A stretch of DNA of 37,616 nucleotides, taken from IMG/VR virus record IMGVR_UViG_3300012209_000001. One strand, 5' to 3'. Below are positions 1 to 9,314 of the stretch, one piece after another. Positions within the stretch are counted from its first letter, which is position 1, and every line of letters starts with the position of its first letter. The notes under the pieces were generated by a model. The model worked only from the letters and a program-made list of their open reading frames with translations, was not told where the DNA came from and did not search any database. Made by a program: the position numbers and the translations under genes. Origin of the DNA: an uncultured virus (IMG/VR IMGVR_UViG_3300012209_000001) (lineage: Duplodnaviria > Heunggongvirae > Uroviricota > Caudoviricetes).

Positions 1-172
1 CCTCAATCTGCTTTTGCAACACAGCAATGACATCCTGTGCTTGCTGTGTGGACAGGTAAGCATAACTTGAACCGTCTGTATGGCTGAGGACCAGAACAAT
101 ATCCTGGGTGTCCACTTCCTGCCTGAAAATCCTGATGGTCGTTTCGTTAAATTGTGTGTCGATCTCATCCAT
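1..172 (-). CDS. hypothetical protein, truncated by window edge (MDEIDTQFNETTIRIFRQEV...)
   Basis: Manual translation; ATG at 172 with GGAGG RBS, overlapping the end of the upstream ORF; open to the window start. Confidence 0.6.
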   Translation of the reverse strand, partial: MDEIDTQFNETTIRIFRQEVDTQDIVLVLSHTDGSSYAYLSTQQAQDVIAVLQKQIE

Positions 173-341
173 TTTCTTTGCCTCCCTGCTGGTTCACTTT
201 TTGCATTCGCTCTCTCTCCTGCTTTGCCAATCGTGCAACAACATCTTGCATAGTTTCACCTGTGTGGGCCGCAATGATCTTTAAATCTTTGCGTGCCTCT
301 GGCGTGACCCTGATGACAGGGTTTCTATTTGTCTCATTCAT
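165..341 (-). CDS. small ribbon-helix-helix-like DNA-binding protein, probably leaderless
   Basis: PVIRVTPEARKDLKIIAAHTGETMQDVVARL fits the RHH pattern; ATG at 341 lies 7 nt after a consensus -10. Confidence 0.6.
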   Translation of the reverse strand: MNETNRNPVIRVTPEARKDLKIIAAHTGETMQDVVARLAKQERERMQKVNQQGGKENG

Positions 342-377
342 GGTATGCATTATACTACTTTGCATACCATATGTCAA
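340..377 (-). promoter_or_regulatory. consensus sigma70 promoter with overlapping 10-bp inverted-repeat operator
   Basis: TTGACA(377-372)-17 bp-TATAAT(354-349); ATGGTATGCA(340-349)/TGCATACCAT(361-370). Confidence 0.8.
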
Positions 378-394
378 GACTGTCGAGATTGCCA

Positions 395-985
395 TTATGA
401 CGCCTCACTTTCGAGATCCCACAATGTCACCTGCTGCTGCTGACCAAACACAGGCACGCATTTGCCAAATCGACTAAACACGTCCATAAACCTCTGCTCA
501 TTCGGCCCGAGATAACAAAACAGGTTATCATGCGTCGGCCCCTGCTCGCTCTTTCCGCTCCCGACAAACCGGATGCGGCCACGAACGAAGCAAATCGGAT
601 AGTTGAGCAATAACTTCTGTACGCAGGCTGTCCCGGTACACGCATTGATCAGGAGCACTGCCTGCTTAATATTGCCACTCTCATACTCCGCTATAAGCTT
701 ATCTGCCCAGAGCACCTGATTGCTTTTGCCTCCAATGCGCCCGTAAGGCGGGTTAACAAACACAGATGCCGCAATCCAGGGCAAGAGTAAACCATCATCG
801 CTTTTCGTGTAGTAGCGGGTTGCCCTGACTACCTTATTCGCCTCTGCGCACGATGCCGGGTCAAGTTCAATGCCGTCCATAACACGGCGAGCGGCTTCGA
901 TGTAGATGGCAGGTGTGAACCATTCGTTGCTGCCTGACAAAGTGCGAGCAATGTGTGAATCGCCCTCGATGAGTGATTGTGTCAT
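395..985 (-). CDS. phage DNA N6-adenine methyltransferase (Dam-like), copy 1
   Basis: EWFTP...IELDPASC...FVNPPYG motifs; ATGA overlap at 982-985. Confidence 0.85.
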   Translation of the reverse strand: MTQSLIEGDSHIARTLSGSNEWFTPAIYIEAARRVMDGIELDPASCAEANKVVRATRYYTKSDDGLLLPWIAASVFVNPPYGRIGGKSNQVLWADKLIAEYESGNIKQAVLLINACTGTACVQKLLLNYPICFVRGRIRFVGSGKSEQGPTHDNLFCYLGPNEQRFMDVFSRFGKCVPVFGQQQQVTLWDLESEAS

Positions 986-1179
986 GATGCTACTCTCCGC
1001 TCCCATCGCTCGATTCTCTCTTCCAATGCTACCCGTTGCTCACCAGTTAACTTGTCCAGGTCACTCAACCATTTCTCTTTGCCAGGTCCGCACTTCTTCC
1101 ACTTGTCAGATGACAACGCAACGTAAAGACATACGTAGTTCATGTTCTCTAACCATTTCGGTATATCTTTATTCCACAC
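982..1179 (-). CDS. hypothetical protein
   Basis: AAGGAG RBS before GTG; coupled to the downstream MTase. Confidence 0.55.
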   Translation of the reverse strand: MWNKDIPKWLENMNYVCLYVALSSDKWKKCGPGKEKWLSDLDKLTGEQRVALEERIERWERRVAS

Positions 1180-1192
1180 GGTTATTTCTCCT

Positions 1193-2086
1193 TTAACGAA
1201 CAACCTTTGTGCTACGATAATCCTTACCAGAAACTTTCACCGGGATGCATCCATCCATCAAACGCGAATAGGCATGATCGCCAATGTAGGAGGCCAATCC
1301 CTCCATATTGTTCGTGCTGATGCCGATGGGACGCCGGGCCGTAATACGATCATCAATAATCTGGAAGAAAACTTCTTGCTTAAAAGGTCTTGCGCTGGCT
1401 TTATCAAGGTCATCAATAATCAGGAGAGGTGTTGAAATGGCCTGCATCACCAAATTCCACTCATCGTGGTCATGGTTCATTTTGTCGTAAAAAGCCATGA
1501 AGAACTTAGGGGCCGTTACAAACAAAGACGATACTGGAACGGGTCGCATACGCAATGCGTTGCCAATAGAAGTCAGCAAGTGTGTCTTTCCTAGTCCGCT
1601 ACCCCCATAAAGTAGCAGTACACCTTGAGGATTCTCCGCAAACGCCCTAGCTTTCTCTAAAGCATTGCGCCACGTTTTGCGGGCTGCCACCAAATCCTCT
1701 ACTTCTTTCTTGCGAGCCTCTTTTCTGGCTATATCCGTTTCTTTGTTATAGATGACCATAAGACGCTGATAATATTCTTTACGCTCCGGGTCATACTGCT
1801 CAAACCGGCGCGCCGCTAACTCTTGGCACACATGAGGCTCAATCCATTCTTTTCCAAGCCAGCCGCCATATGTCCTCTCAGCCATCGCTTGCAGCTTCTC
1901 TTGCCGCTCGGCTTTCTCCGCTGCCTCTCTCTTTGCTTTGCGCTGACAGGCACAGGTCCGCTCAATATAGCGGCCATTCGGAAGCAATAATGGCTCAACA
2001 GGACCGCAGACAGGACAAATCCAGGTATCCGGTTTTCTTTCCATCGGCGGCAGCAAACGTTGTCCAACTTTTACTAAATCTCCCAT
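1193..2086 (-). CDS. DnaC/IstB-like AAA+ helicase loader with N-terminal Zn finger
   Basis: CPVCG...CACQ, Walker A GGSGLGKT, Walker B LLIIDDL, STN, SRL, GKDYR. Confidence 0.9.
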   Translation of the reverse strand: MGDLVKVGQRLLPPMERKPDTWICPVCGPVEPLLLPNGRYIERTCACQRKAKREAAEKAERQEKLQAMAERTYGGWLGKEWIEPHVCQELAARRFEQYDPERKEYYQRLMVIYNKETDIARKEARKKEVEDLVAARKTWRNALEKARAFAENPQGVLLLYGGSGLGKTHLLTSIGNALRMRPVPVSSLFVTAPKFFMAFYDKMNHDHDEWNLVMQAISTPLLIIDDLDKASARPFKQEVFFQIIDDRITARRPIGISTNNMEGLASYIGDHAYSRLMDGCIPVKVSGKDYRSTKVVR

Positions 2087-3465
2087 TATTCCCCCTCCTC
2101 TGTTTCTACAGGTGCACTCACGGTAAGCGTATCAAAGCGAGTGTAACTCTTATTGAAGTAGAGTGAAACCTGCCCTACAGGTCCGTTACGGTGTTTTGCC
2201 ACAATGACATCAGCAATGTTTGGACGCTCTGACTCAGGATTGTACACGTCGTCCCGATATAAGAACATCACTATGTCGCTATCTTGCTCAATACTACCAC
2301 TTTCTCTTAAATCAGACAATTGCGGTATCTTGCATTGCCTTGACTCTACTGCACGTGATAACTGTGAAAGGGCCATGACAGGCATATCTAGCTCACGTGC
2401 TACACCCTTCAACTTCCGGCTGATCTCGGAAACTTCCTGTACTCTATTCTCCTGTTTGCCATTTTTGCCGGGAAGAGACATGAGTTGCAGGTAGTCAATA
2501 ACTACCAAACCGATAGTGACACCACTGGCACGCAGTCGACGAATCTTGCTACGTACTTGATCAGGAGTAATATCTGATGAGTCATCAATATAAATGTCCA
2601 TCTTGTTGATACGGTCTATGGCCCCAACAATCTGCTCCCAATCTTCGTCATCGATCCATCCAGTCCGCAGGCGTTGTTGATCAATACCGGCCTCCATCGC
2701 TACAAGTCGCTGGAATAATTGTTCTCGACTCATCTCCAGGCTAAAGATTGCGACGCCGTGACCATACTTTGCTGCCGCATTCCTGGCAAGGCTCAGTGAA
2801 AATGCCGTCTTGCCAATGGCAGGCCGGGCAGCCAGGATGATTAAATCAGATTTTTGGAGTCCGCCGGTAAGGCGGTCTAAATCAATGAAACCTGTGCCTA
2901 CACCAATAACCTGATTGTTACTCCGCATCTCACATAATCGGGTCAGCGTATCGATGAAACCTTGTGAGATATCACTCACCGCTACAGGTTCGGAGCGTTG
3001 CTCACTTACATGTAACTGATAGGCTAATTGTTCCAGTGACTCAATAGCCTGCTCCGCCTTCCCATCAAAGGCCAGTTCAGTTGGCTTCGTCACCCCAAAG
3101 GCAATAGCCCGGCAAATGGAAAGTTCTCTCAACGTCTGCGCATGCTCTGTGGGGTCAAAAACGCCTTGATCTGGTAATTCCAGTGGATAGAACGGATCAT
3201 CTCCTAACACTTCAAGGCGTCCAGCTCGGTCCATCTCTTGTTGCACTTCCACATTCCCGATTGGTTTATGGTGCACATGGAGATCAAGAATAACCTCAAA
3301 AATGGCCCGGTGTCTGTCCTGGTAGAAATCTTCAGGCTTTAAGAAATCAATCTTCTCTAGTGATTGTGGATGGAGAAGAATACTGCCCAGGACGCGAATT
3401 TCAGCTATTGGGTCGTTGGGTATCTGCTTCTCTACCAGACGTTTGCTTTCTTGCCGTATGACCAT
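2086..3465 (-). CDS. dnaB: replicative DNA helicase DnaB
   Basis: TGFIDLDRLTGGLQ, AARPAIGKT, FSLEMS, IDYLQL, LSQLSR, SDLRESGSIEQDSD, AKHRNGP. Confidence 0.97.
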   Translation of the reverse strand: MVIRQESKRLVEKQIPNDPIAEIRVLGSILLHPQSLEKIDFLKPEDFYQDRHRAIFEVILDLHVHHKPIGNVEVQQEMDRAGRLEVLGDDPFYPLELPDQGVFDPTEHAQTLRELSICRAIAFGVTKPTELAFDGKAEQAIESLEQLAYQLHVSEQRSEPVAVSDISQGFIDTLTRLCEMRSNNQVIGVGTGFIDLDRLTGGLQKSDLIILAARPAIGKTAFSLSLARNAAAKYGHGVAIFSLEMSREQLFQRLVAMEAGIDQQRLRTGWIDDEDWEQIVGAIDRINKMDIYIDDSSDITPDQVRSKIRRLRASGVTIGLVVIDYLQLMSLPGKNGKQENRVQEVSEISRKLKGVARELDMPVMALSQLSRAVESRQCKIPQLSDLRESGSIEQDSDIVMFLYRDDVYNPESERPNIADVIVAKHRNGPVGQVSLYFNKSYTRFDTLTVSAPVETEEGE

Positions 3466-3466
3466 G

Positions 3467-4981
3467 TTATTCCCCCATTGCGGCTATACTTGCTAACGCA
3501 GCATCTTCTATCTCATCAACAATGTACTGGCTACCTTCGGTTGACGCTATCGGTCTTTCCGCTTGCACAGTAGTATTTGTGCTCACCACTCTCAAATGCG
3601 ACTTCTTTTTCACATATCGCTGGATATTATTGGCAACATCCATGATGTCAACGCTGCCACGCTTTTTGTAGTAGTCGTCTGCGTCCATGCGTTTCTTCCC
3701 AAGCCTTACCTCATCCTCAGTGTAGTAAGATGCCAATGGCTTTGCACATTTGCTGGCCTGCATCAATTTGAAATCGGTCAACAGGGGAGCACCGCGCCAG
3801 AAGTCAAAGAGCAACAAGCATTTTCTCGTTCCCCACTTCATCTCTACCGGCGGTTCCTGTGGAGGCGTTGCTTCTGGCTCATCTTCTTCGATGAGAGGTG
3901 CCTGCGTCACTTTCTCCTTACCCTTCCCTTTTCCACGACCACCTGCAGACTTACCCGGTTTTTTTGTAGTCTCGGTGGCTATAGGAGAAACAGCACTTGC
4001 TTGCTGTTGTGGCTGCTCAGTCGCTTGTCGATTCGATTCGTCAACGGCTTGTGTGCTCGATGGCATTTCTTGGCTGTGTAACGCGTTTTCTGACGCTTTA
4101 TTTTTGTGACCGTCAACTGCATGGGTTTCTTGAGTAAGGCTATCTGTTGCACGTGCCGGAGGCTCAGGAATGGCATTGTGATTAGGGACCATAGTGCCGG
4201 TGGCGTCAAGATGGTTTTCCCCGGCTGGCGTCAAGGGAGTGCCAGGGGGTGTCTGTTCTGGCTGAGTGGTTATAGAGCCACCTGGGTCGGATGATAATGG
4301 TGGTATATCAGTTGCTTGTAGGATGTGAGCAATCTGTGCTCTGAGATCTGCTACTTCTCTTTCAAGCTTTTTTTCTTTTTCAGATTGATGAGAGGGCGCG
4401 TCGTCGCTAGACGACATATTACTTTCTTTAAGAGTATCTTTAGAAGTATCTTTATTAATATCTTTAGCACGCTCAACTTGTGCTTGATCTTGTTCACCAA
4501 ACGTATCAGGCTTGTCATTTTTCGTGAACAAGCTTGTATTGTTTCGTGAACAAGTTTGTTCTATTTCGTGAACAAGTTGAGCGCTAGGAACCTTTGCAAG
4601 CTCAACTTGTTCTTTTTGTGAACAAGAAAAGAAGAGCCTGTTAATCTCCCAAATATCAATAATTGTAATGTGATATTTGGGCATACCTTTTTCCCGCCCG
4701 TTCCTCGCTTTTTCTCTTTGTATCTCTGCATGGACAAGACCTGCATCGTGGAGACGTGGCAGCATCTTACTTAGTGCGCTGACAGAGTATCTGGTCTGCC
4801 CACTTAGTTCTCTCAGGGAAACAAAGCGTGGTTTCATATCCCAATAAATGCGACGAAGATCGCTATAGAGGTATTTCTCCTCTTTGGTAAGATCGCAATA
4901 AGCGATAAATAGGATGTTGGGAACGCGGGTGAAGTTTTTGGAATAACTCTCGTTATCAACTTTCTCGTCTTTGATACTCAT
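3467..4981 (-). CDS. phage replication initiator / replisome organizer (lambda O-like), module 1
   Basis: N-terminal NFTRVPN plus wHTH-like SLRELSGQTRYSVSALSKMLPRL; internal iterons; long disordered linker; directly upstream of dnaB and the loader. Confidence 0.75.
   Translation of the reverse strand: MSIKDEKVDNESYSKNFTRVPNILFIAYCDLTKEEKYLYSDLRRIYWDMKPRFVSLRELSGQTRYSVSALSKMLPRLHDAGLVHAEIQREKARNGREKGMPKYHITIIDIWEINRLFFSCSQKEQVELAKVPSAQLVHEIEQTCSRNNTSLFTKNDKPDTFGEQDQAQVERAKDINKDTSKDTLKESNMSSSDDAPSHQSEKEKKLEREVADLRAQIAHILQATDIPPLSSDPGGSITTQPEQTPPGTPLTPAGENHLDATGTMVPNHNAIPEPPARATDSLTQETHAVDGHKNKASENALHSQEMPSSTQAVDESNRQATEQPQQQASAVSPIATETTKKPGKSAGGRGKGKGKEKVTQAPLIEEDEPEATPPQEPPVEMKWGTRKCLLLFDFWRGAPLLTDFKLMQASKCAKPLASYYTEDEVRLGKKRMDADDYYKKRGSVDIMDVANNIQRYVKKKSHLRVVSTNTTVQAERPIASTEGSQYIVDEIEDAALASIAAMGE
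4425..4626. repeat. putative origin 1: iterons plus AT-rich unwinding repeats
   Basis: TTTCGTGAACAAG at 4520, 4542, 4564 (22-bp period), a variant at 4614, inverted CTTGTTCAC at 4489; TATCTTTA at 4435, 4447, 4459 (12-bp period). Confidence 0.8.
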
Positions 4982-5592
4982 GCAGCACCGCCCACTTCTT
5001 CCGTAGAATTTATAGTGACATCCCACATTTTGAGTGTGGAGTATGTTTGTTTTATAGGGCTGACGTGTTCAACAACTACGCCAAACTGTGAAAAGACCTC
5101 GATGAATCGTTGTGTATTAGGACCGAGATAAACAAAACAGGTGCCAAACATCTGTTTATAGTTATTGGCTGTTTTATGTGGCACCAGGAAAGTAACCCGG
5201 TGGTCTGGAATACAGATAGGGAATTGCCAGAGAGGATAAAACCATTTAGCATTGACTTCAGTGGTTACCAGGGCTATAGCCTGATGAACTTTGCCTTGCT
5301 CATACGACTGGAGTAACTTCTCGATGAATAAACCTATGGTACTCTTACGTGTGGCTTGCATTTTGGCTGTGCGACCATAAGGGGGGTTCAGCCACAGAGT
5401 ACGTGCTTGCCAATCCTGATCGAGTCCATTTTGTTCTTTGGTGTAGTAGCGATCAGCTTTAACGATTTGATTGGCTGCAGCACACGATGCCGGGTCCAGT
5501 TCGATTGAACCCATAACTAGACGTGCTGCCTCGGTATACTTTGGGGGAGTATACCATTCGGCGCTTTTTGTGACAGGGAGTATTTCACTCAT
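4978..5592 (-). CDS. phage DNA N6-adenine methyltransferase (Dam-like), copy 2
   Basis: EWYTPP...IELDPASC...WLNPPYG; GGAGGG RBS. Confidence 0.85.
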   Translation of the reverse strand: MSEILPVTKSAEWYTPPKYTEAARLVMGSIELDPASCAAANQIVKADRYYTKEQNGLDQDWQARTLWLNPPYGRTAKMQATRKSTIGLFIEKLLQSYEQGKVHQAIALVTTEVNAKWFYPLWQFPICIPDHRVTFLVPHKTANNYKQMFGTCFVYLGPNTQRFIEVFSQFGVVVEHVSPIKQTYSTLKMWDVTINSTEEVGGAA

Positions 5593-5778
5593 GATATTCC
5601 CTCCGATCACCACCCAGGTCTATTAGCCCATCTGTTATACAAGGCTTGCATTTCCTTGCCAAAACAGTGCATAATAGAGTTAGGCGGCGTAGTGAACTAA
5701 GGGTGCTATCGAACCGGGTCCAAGCGATAGATAGCACCTGAGCTGCTAAAGTTTTATTTTGTTGGCTGATGTCAGCCC

Positions 5779-5976
5779 TTAATTGCCGTCTTGAGATTCC
5801 CTCTCTTCGATGTAACGCCTTAATTCTTCGGGTTTGATCTTCCACCGACCTGTACGTCCACCAAGTTTGAAGCCGCGTATTTCTCCACTCTTGAGTTTCT
5901 CTCTGACGCTGGCCTCTGTCATTCTGAGAATGCGAGCCACATCCTCTGGTGTAAGTAGTTCTTCCATCGCTAGCAT
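5779..5976 (-). CDS. excisionase-like HTH_17 DNA-binding protein
   Basis: LLTPEDVARILRMTEASVREKLKSGEIRGFKLGG...WKIKPEEL; AGGAGG RBS. Confidence 0.85.
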   Translation of the reverse strand: MLAMEELLTPEDVARILRMTEASVREKLKSGEIRGFKLGGRTGRWKIKPEELRRYIEERESQDGN

Positions 5977-6321
5977 TGTAGCCCTCCTGCTGTATTCCAT
6001 AACCTACAGATAGTATACCATAGGATTTTATATATATCTGTACCTTGCGTTTATTGTGCGTATATCCGTTATACTCACTGTTACATGTTTTGTTGTGCGC
6101 AGTTGCGTTATTGTCGAAATAAGAAATAAGTGTCACGTTGTCCTGCTTCCCTGTTATTCAGTTGGTTGGTCGTGTTGTGTCTGCATTGCTCGTTGATGTG
6201 CTTGCTCGTTTTTCGTGTGCAGTTCAGCACAGAGCAGGGCACGCAGTATGCCGGTCATTGGCAGCCGCGTCCTGTAGGTCTTTGATTTGGGCCTGGATAG
6301 CTGCGTAGCGTTGTTCTTCGT

Positions 6322-6810
6322 TCATAGTTGTGTGCCCTCCGGTAACTCAGGCATATCTGGTATGGCGTTGGCAATCTCCGCGATGGTGAGTCCTTCGTAT
6401 TTGGCGATGGTGCTGCCACTGGCTGGTATTGTTCGCCAGACGGTATGCAGTACGAGATCATAGGCCCGACGTGCAAGGAGTTGTATAACTTCCTGTCTTT
6501 CATTTATTTCCCAGAAGCGTTTTGCATCGAGCATATCAAGTGCATTCGTTTCGAGTAGTTCATCGATAAGTTGGTCAGCAAAGCCTATGAAGTGTGTATC
6601 ACGTCGGTTGTTATCAGATGGGACAACAGTTATCTTCACTGGCGTGTAACCTGTGTAGACGACCCGCTTCTGCATCGCGCGTACCATCGTCCAGGCGTTA
6701 GGTGCTTGAGCAACGCCATCAATGATGTCGGCTTCAGCGATAGTTTGCCAACCAGCGCCGTTATTGATTTGAAATTGTGCTTTGGGATTGTTTGCATTCA
6801 TAATTGTCAA
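6322..6810 (-). CDS. hypothetical phage protein
   Basis: GGAGG RBS; start overlaps the upstream stop. Confidence 0.6.
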   Translation of the reverse strand: MTIMNANNPKAQFQINNGAGWQTIAEADIIDGVAQAPNAWTMVRAMQKRVVYTGYTPVKITVVPSDNNRRDTHFIGFADQLIDELLETNALDMLDAKRFWEINERQEVIQLLARRAYDLVLHTVWRTIPASGSTIAKYEGLTIAEIANAIPDMPELPEGTQL

Positions 6811-7205
6811 ATCACCTCCGTTGTTATGAGCAAAGAAAGACAGCCCTCTTTGTGCTGAAAGCCAGGGATAAGTTCAATGCGATCCTTGAAGGCACTGCTA
6901 TATCCTGCGTAATAGGCCCTACAATCACGGCAAGAGACTTCGATGTGACCTTCGTGGCCCTCCTCCACTGTGACTATGGTGGCTTGGATGTGTTGTACCA
7001 TGCGCTGGTAGACATCTGTGTCGATGCGAACCCATGGGGGCACTCCACCTTCTGCACTCATCACATTTTTGAGTCGAAAGGCTATGCTAGTAATGACTCT
7101 CTCGCGTTGTGCGGGATGAAGTGTGATAATATTGCCGCATTCTTGAAATAGCTCAGAAATAACGGTGCTAACGATTTCGCTCAGTCTCACGGTTGTCATC
7201 TCCAT
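6807..7205 (-). CDS. hypothetical protein with CxxC...H..C motif
   Basis: CRDC...HKEGC; packed in the operon. Confidence 0.6.
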   Translation of the reverse strand: MEMTTVRLSEIVSTVISELFQECGNIITLHPAQRERVITSIAFRLKNVMSAEGGVPPWVRIDTDVYQRMVQHIQATIVTVEEGHEGHIEVSCRDCRAYYAGYSSAFKDRIELIPGFQHKEGCLSLLITTEVI

Positions 7206-7471
7206 GTAATAAATTGTCTCATCCAGTCTAGTTCTTGTTGGATTGCTGCGAATGAGGCATATTCTGCTCTGCTCAGTTCAATGAAATCGGTAATCAGGTC
7301 CCGCTTGAAATCGGCTATGGATTCGCCTTTGGTTGCGCCCAAACCGTAGACGGTCGTATGTTCATTGGTAACAGAGTACCAACCGTCAATGGTACGGTGA
7401 ATGGTTACTACGATAGGTTGGGCAAACTTGCGATGAGAGGGCAGCCTGCCGGAGAGATGGTGTGTGCTCAT
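7196..7471 (-). CDS. hypothetical protein, possibly HicB-like N-terminal fold
   Basis: GWYSVT...VYGLGATKGESIADFKRDL resembles the HicB G-x-T-x-E-E-A pattern. Confidence 0.5.
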   Translation of the reverse strand: MSTHHLSGRLPSHRKFAQPIVVTIHRTIDGWYSVTNEHTTVYGLGATKGESIADFKRDLITDFIELSRAEYASFAAIQQELDWMRQFITWR

Positions 7472-7779
7472 GGTTGTGACTCCTCTGGTTTATCGATGAG
7501 GGTCTGACTATAAGGCTCAGAATATTCCAGCAATTGGAATTGCCATTTATCATCGAGCATTGAGATGACATTGACGAGATTATGCTTTGCCGATACATGG
7601 AGTTCTTCATTCTCGTACCATGCTTGTTCAACTTTGAAGTAGTAAAGAGTTGTCTCGAAGGTCACGACAATACGTTTGCCTACCAGTTGCGCAGGAAGGG
7701 TTTCATTTTCTTCTCGGGCAAATGGGTTTATGATAAAGCACATGTGTCTGTCGCGCATGTAAAGAATGCCTTTTTTCAT
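7468..7779 (-). CDS. hypothetical protein
   Basis: ATGA-coupled ORF. Confidence 0.6.
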   Translation of the reverse strand: MKKGILYMRDRHMCFIINPFAREENETLPAQLVGKRIVVTFETTLYYFKVEQAWYENEELHVSAKHNLVNVISMLDDKWQFQLLEYSEPYSQTLIDKPEESQP

Positions 7780-8054
7780 ACTGGTATCTCCATCTCCTCT
7801 TCCAACCAACGCAAAAAGCTTATGGCATCCTCAATTCCGTAGCCCTGCTCTAACACCTCCTCACTCAGCCACATGTCACGGATGAGGCGAGAGAGCCATA
7901 AGCGTGGTACAAGTTCGCCTGGCTTAAGTGGCATGGCCTTGATAGTGGTAATGCACTTCTGACGAAGCACTTCATCGTGGATGCCACTGTCGGTTGCGCC
8001 TCCATCATAAGCGTAGAGGCCATCTAACGCGTCGCGTAGTTCTTGTTCTGTCAT
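7776..8054 (-). CDS. hypothetical protein
   Basis: ATGA-coupled ORF. Confidence 0.6.
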   Translation of the reverse strand: MTEQELRDALDGLYAYDGGATDSGIHDEVLRQKCITTIKAMPLKPGELVPRLWLSRLIRDMWLSEEVLEQGYGIEDAISFLRWLEEEMEIPV

Positions 8055-8479
8055 GACTCATCTCCATCAGGCTCTACCGTGACATTGCCACGCAGAATCA
8101 TCGTGCAACCATAACCACTCTTACATGAGCAGGCGTGTGGTGGTGTACGGGCCAGCCACACGTAGCCATCGCGTCCTGGTTTAGCCTCTTTGACAAAGCC
8201 ACAGGGCTGCCCGTCTAGCGTGGACTTCCAGAAGCGAGGTAAAAGCCATTGCCGAACGCTGATAGTGCCCTCTTCTTGCTCTGGTATCTCTTCAGGGTGA
8301 CACTGCCAGCAAGAACACTCGTGATCCTGCGCAACTGCTGCAAGTTGGGTATGATTGCCTTGAGGTGTGATGGATATGCCCTCTAACACTATTTGGCGCG
8401 GGTGTGGTTGAAGTGCTAGGCCTCGCCTGGAGATGAGACCGTCCCATCTTACATCGAGAAAACCGCCATTTTTACTCAT
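8051..8479 (-). CDS. Cys-rich hypothetical protein
   Basis: HECSCWQCH and HACSC..GYGC motifs; GGAAGG RBS. Confidence 0.6.
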   Translation of the reverse strand: MSKNGGFLDVRWDGLISRRGLALQPHPRQIVLEGISITPQGNHTQLAAVAQDHECSCWQCHPEEIPEQEEGTISVRQWLLPRFWKSTLDGQPCGFVKEAKPGRDGYVWLARTPPHACSCKSGYGCTMILRGNVTVEPDGDES

Positions 8480-8550
8480 GCTCTGCTGCCTTCCGTAAAT
8501 ATTGGGTAACTATCATTTTCCGCTATCCGCCGAGCCGATTGCTACCGGGC

Positions 8551-8901
8551 TCACGCTTGACTGCCTGTCGTGCCAGCAGAACCTGAAAGCTCGTTGTTAC
8601 TCTCTTGCTCCAATGTCTTCAGCAACTCCACGATTTGCTCCTCGTTCAGCGATTCAATATCCCAACGCCAGCCGAGGCACAGCCAGATTGCGCCACCGGC
8701 TGAACGTGCCACCATGACTGCATTGGACTTGCGATAGTGTGGCGAACTAACAATATGGCGATCCGCTTCGATCAGATGAGGTGGAACTTTGTTCATCTGG
8801 CATGTCCAGCCATGTTTGGTACAGATTGCTTTGATTTGCCTCGTGCTAAGACGGGTTACATCTTTACCTGTCTCTAGCCCATTTTGCTTAGATATTTGCA
8901 T
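8551..8901 (-). CDS. hypothetical protein
   Basis: ORF in the operon; start uncertain. Confidence 0.45.
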   Translation of the reverse strand: MQISKQNGLETGKDVTRLSTRQIKAICTKHGWTCQMNKVPPHLIEADRHIVSSPHYRKSNAVMVARSAGGAIWLCLGWRWDIESLNEEQIVELLKTLEQESNNELSGSAGTTGSQA

Positions 8902-9032
8902 GATTGTGTGTATCCACTTTCCACATATGATAATATTGTTCGTGATGTGTTGTACCTGTGTAATTACACAGGTGTGTGAAATAAGTGCAAGAGCCTGCAT
9001 TGACGGTTGAGAGTCGTGCAGGCTCTTTGCGT

Positions 9033-9314
9033 TTAGTTTGTTCTCATTGCCGCCAGCCGCTTTTCATGGATAGCATTCAGCACTTGGCAACTCTGGCACT
9101 GGCAATCAATAAAGTTGTAGCCTTTAGCGTAGTGAGTCCCACCACAGGGCACGATTACATCACCGCAGAACTCCACCATCTCAATGATACGGTTGCCAGT
9201 ATGTAGGGCAACGCCCCAATCGGTAATGGGTTCGAGGGTGAACTGCTGGCCTTCTTTGACTTCGGGCAGTTCGTCAAGGGCCAGGGTGATAAGTTGCGCT
9301 AGGGCTTCAAACAT
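9033..9314 (-). CDS. hypothetical Zn-binding protein
   Basis: C.G.H...CQCQSC; TAATG coupling. Confidence 0.6.
   Translation of the reverse strand: MFEALAQLITLALDELPEVKEGQQFTLEPITDWGVALHTGNRIIEMVEFCGDVIVPCGGTHYAKGYNFIDCQCQSCQVLNAIHEKRLAAMRTN

Noticed and set aside
2086..3465. Intein in DnaB
   Set aside because: Normal length (459 aa) with a contiguous P-loop and no intein motifs
3563..4549. Plus-strand ORFs opposite the initiator, and similar shadow ORFs elsewhere
   Set aside because: Antisense to well-supported genes, with no RBS or motifs
5585..6136. 183-aa ORF from the track
   Set aside because: Fully overlaps the well-supported HTH_17 gene and crosses AT-rich promoter-like DNA; composition is not protein-like
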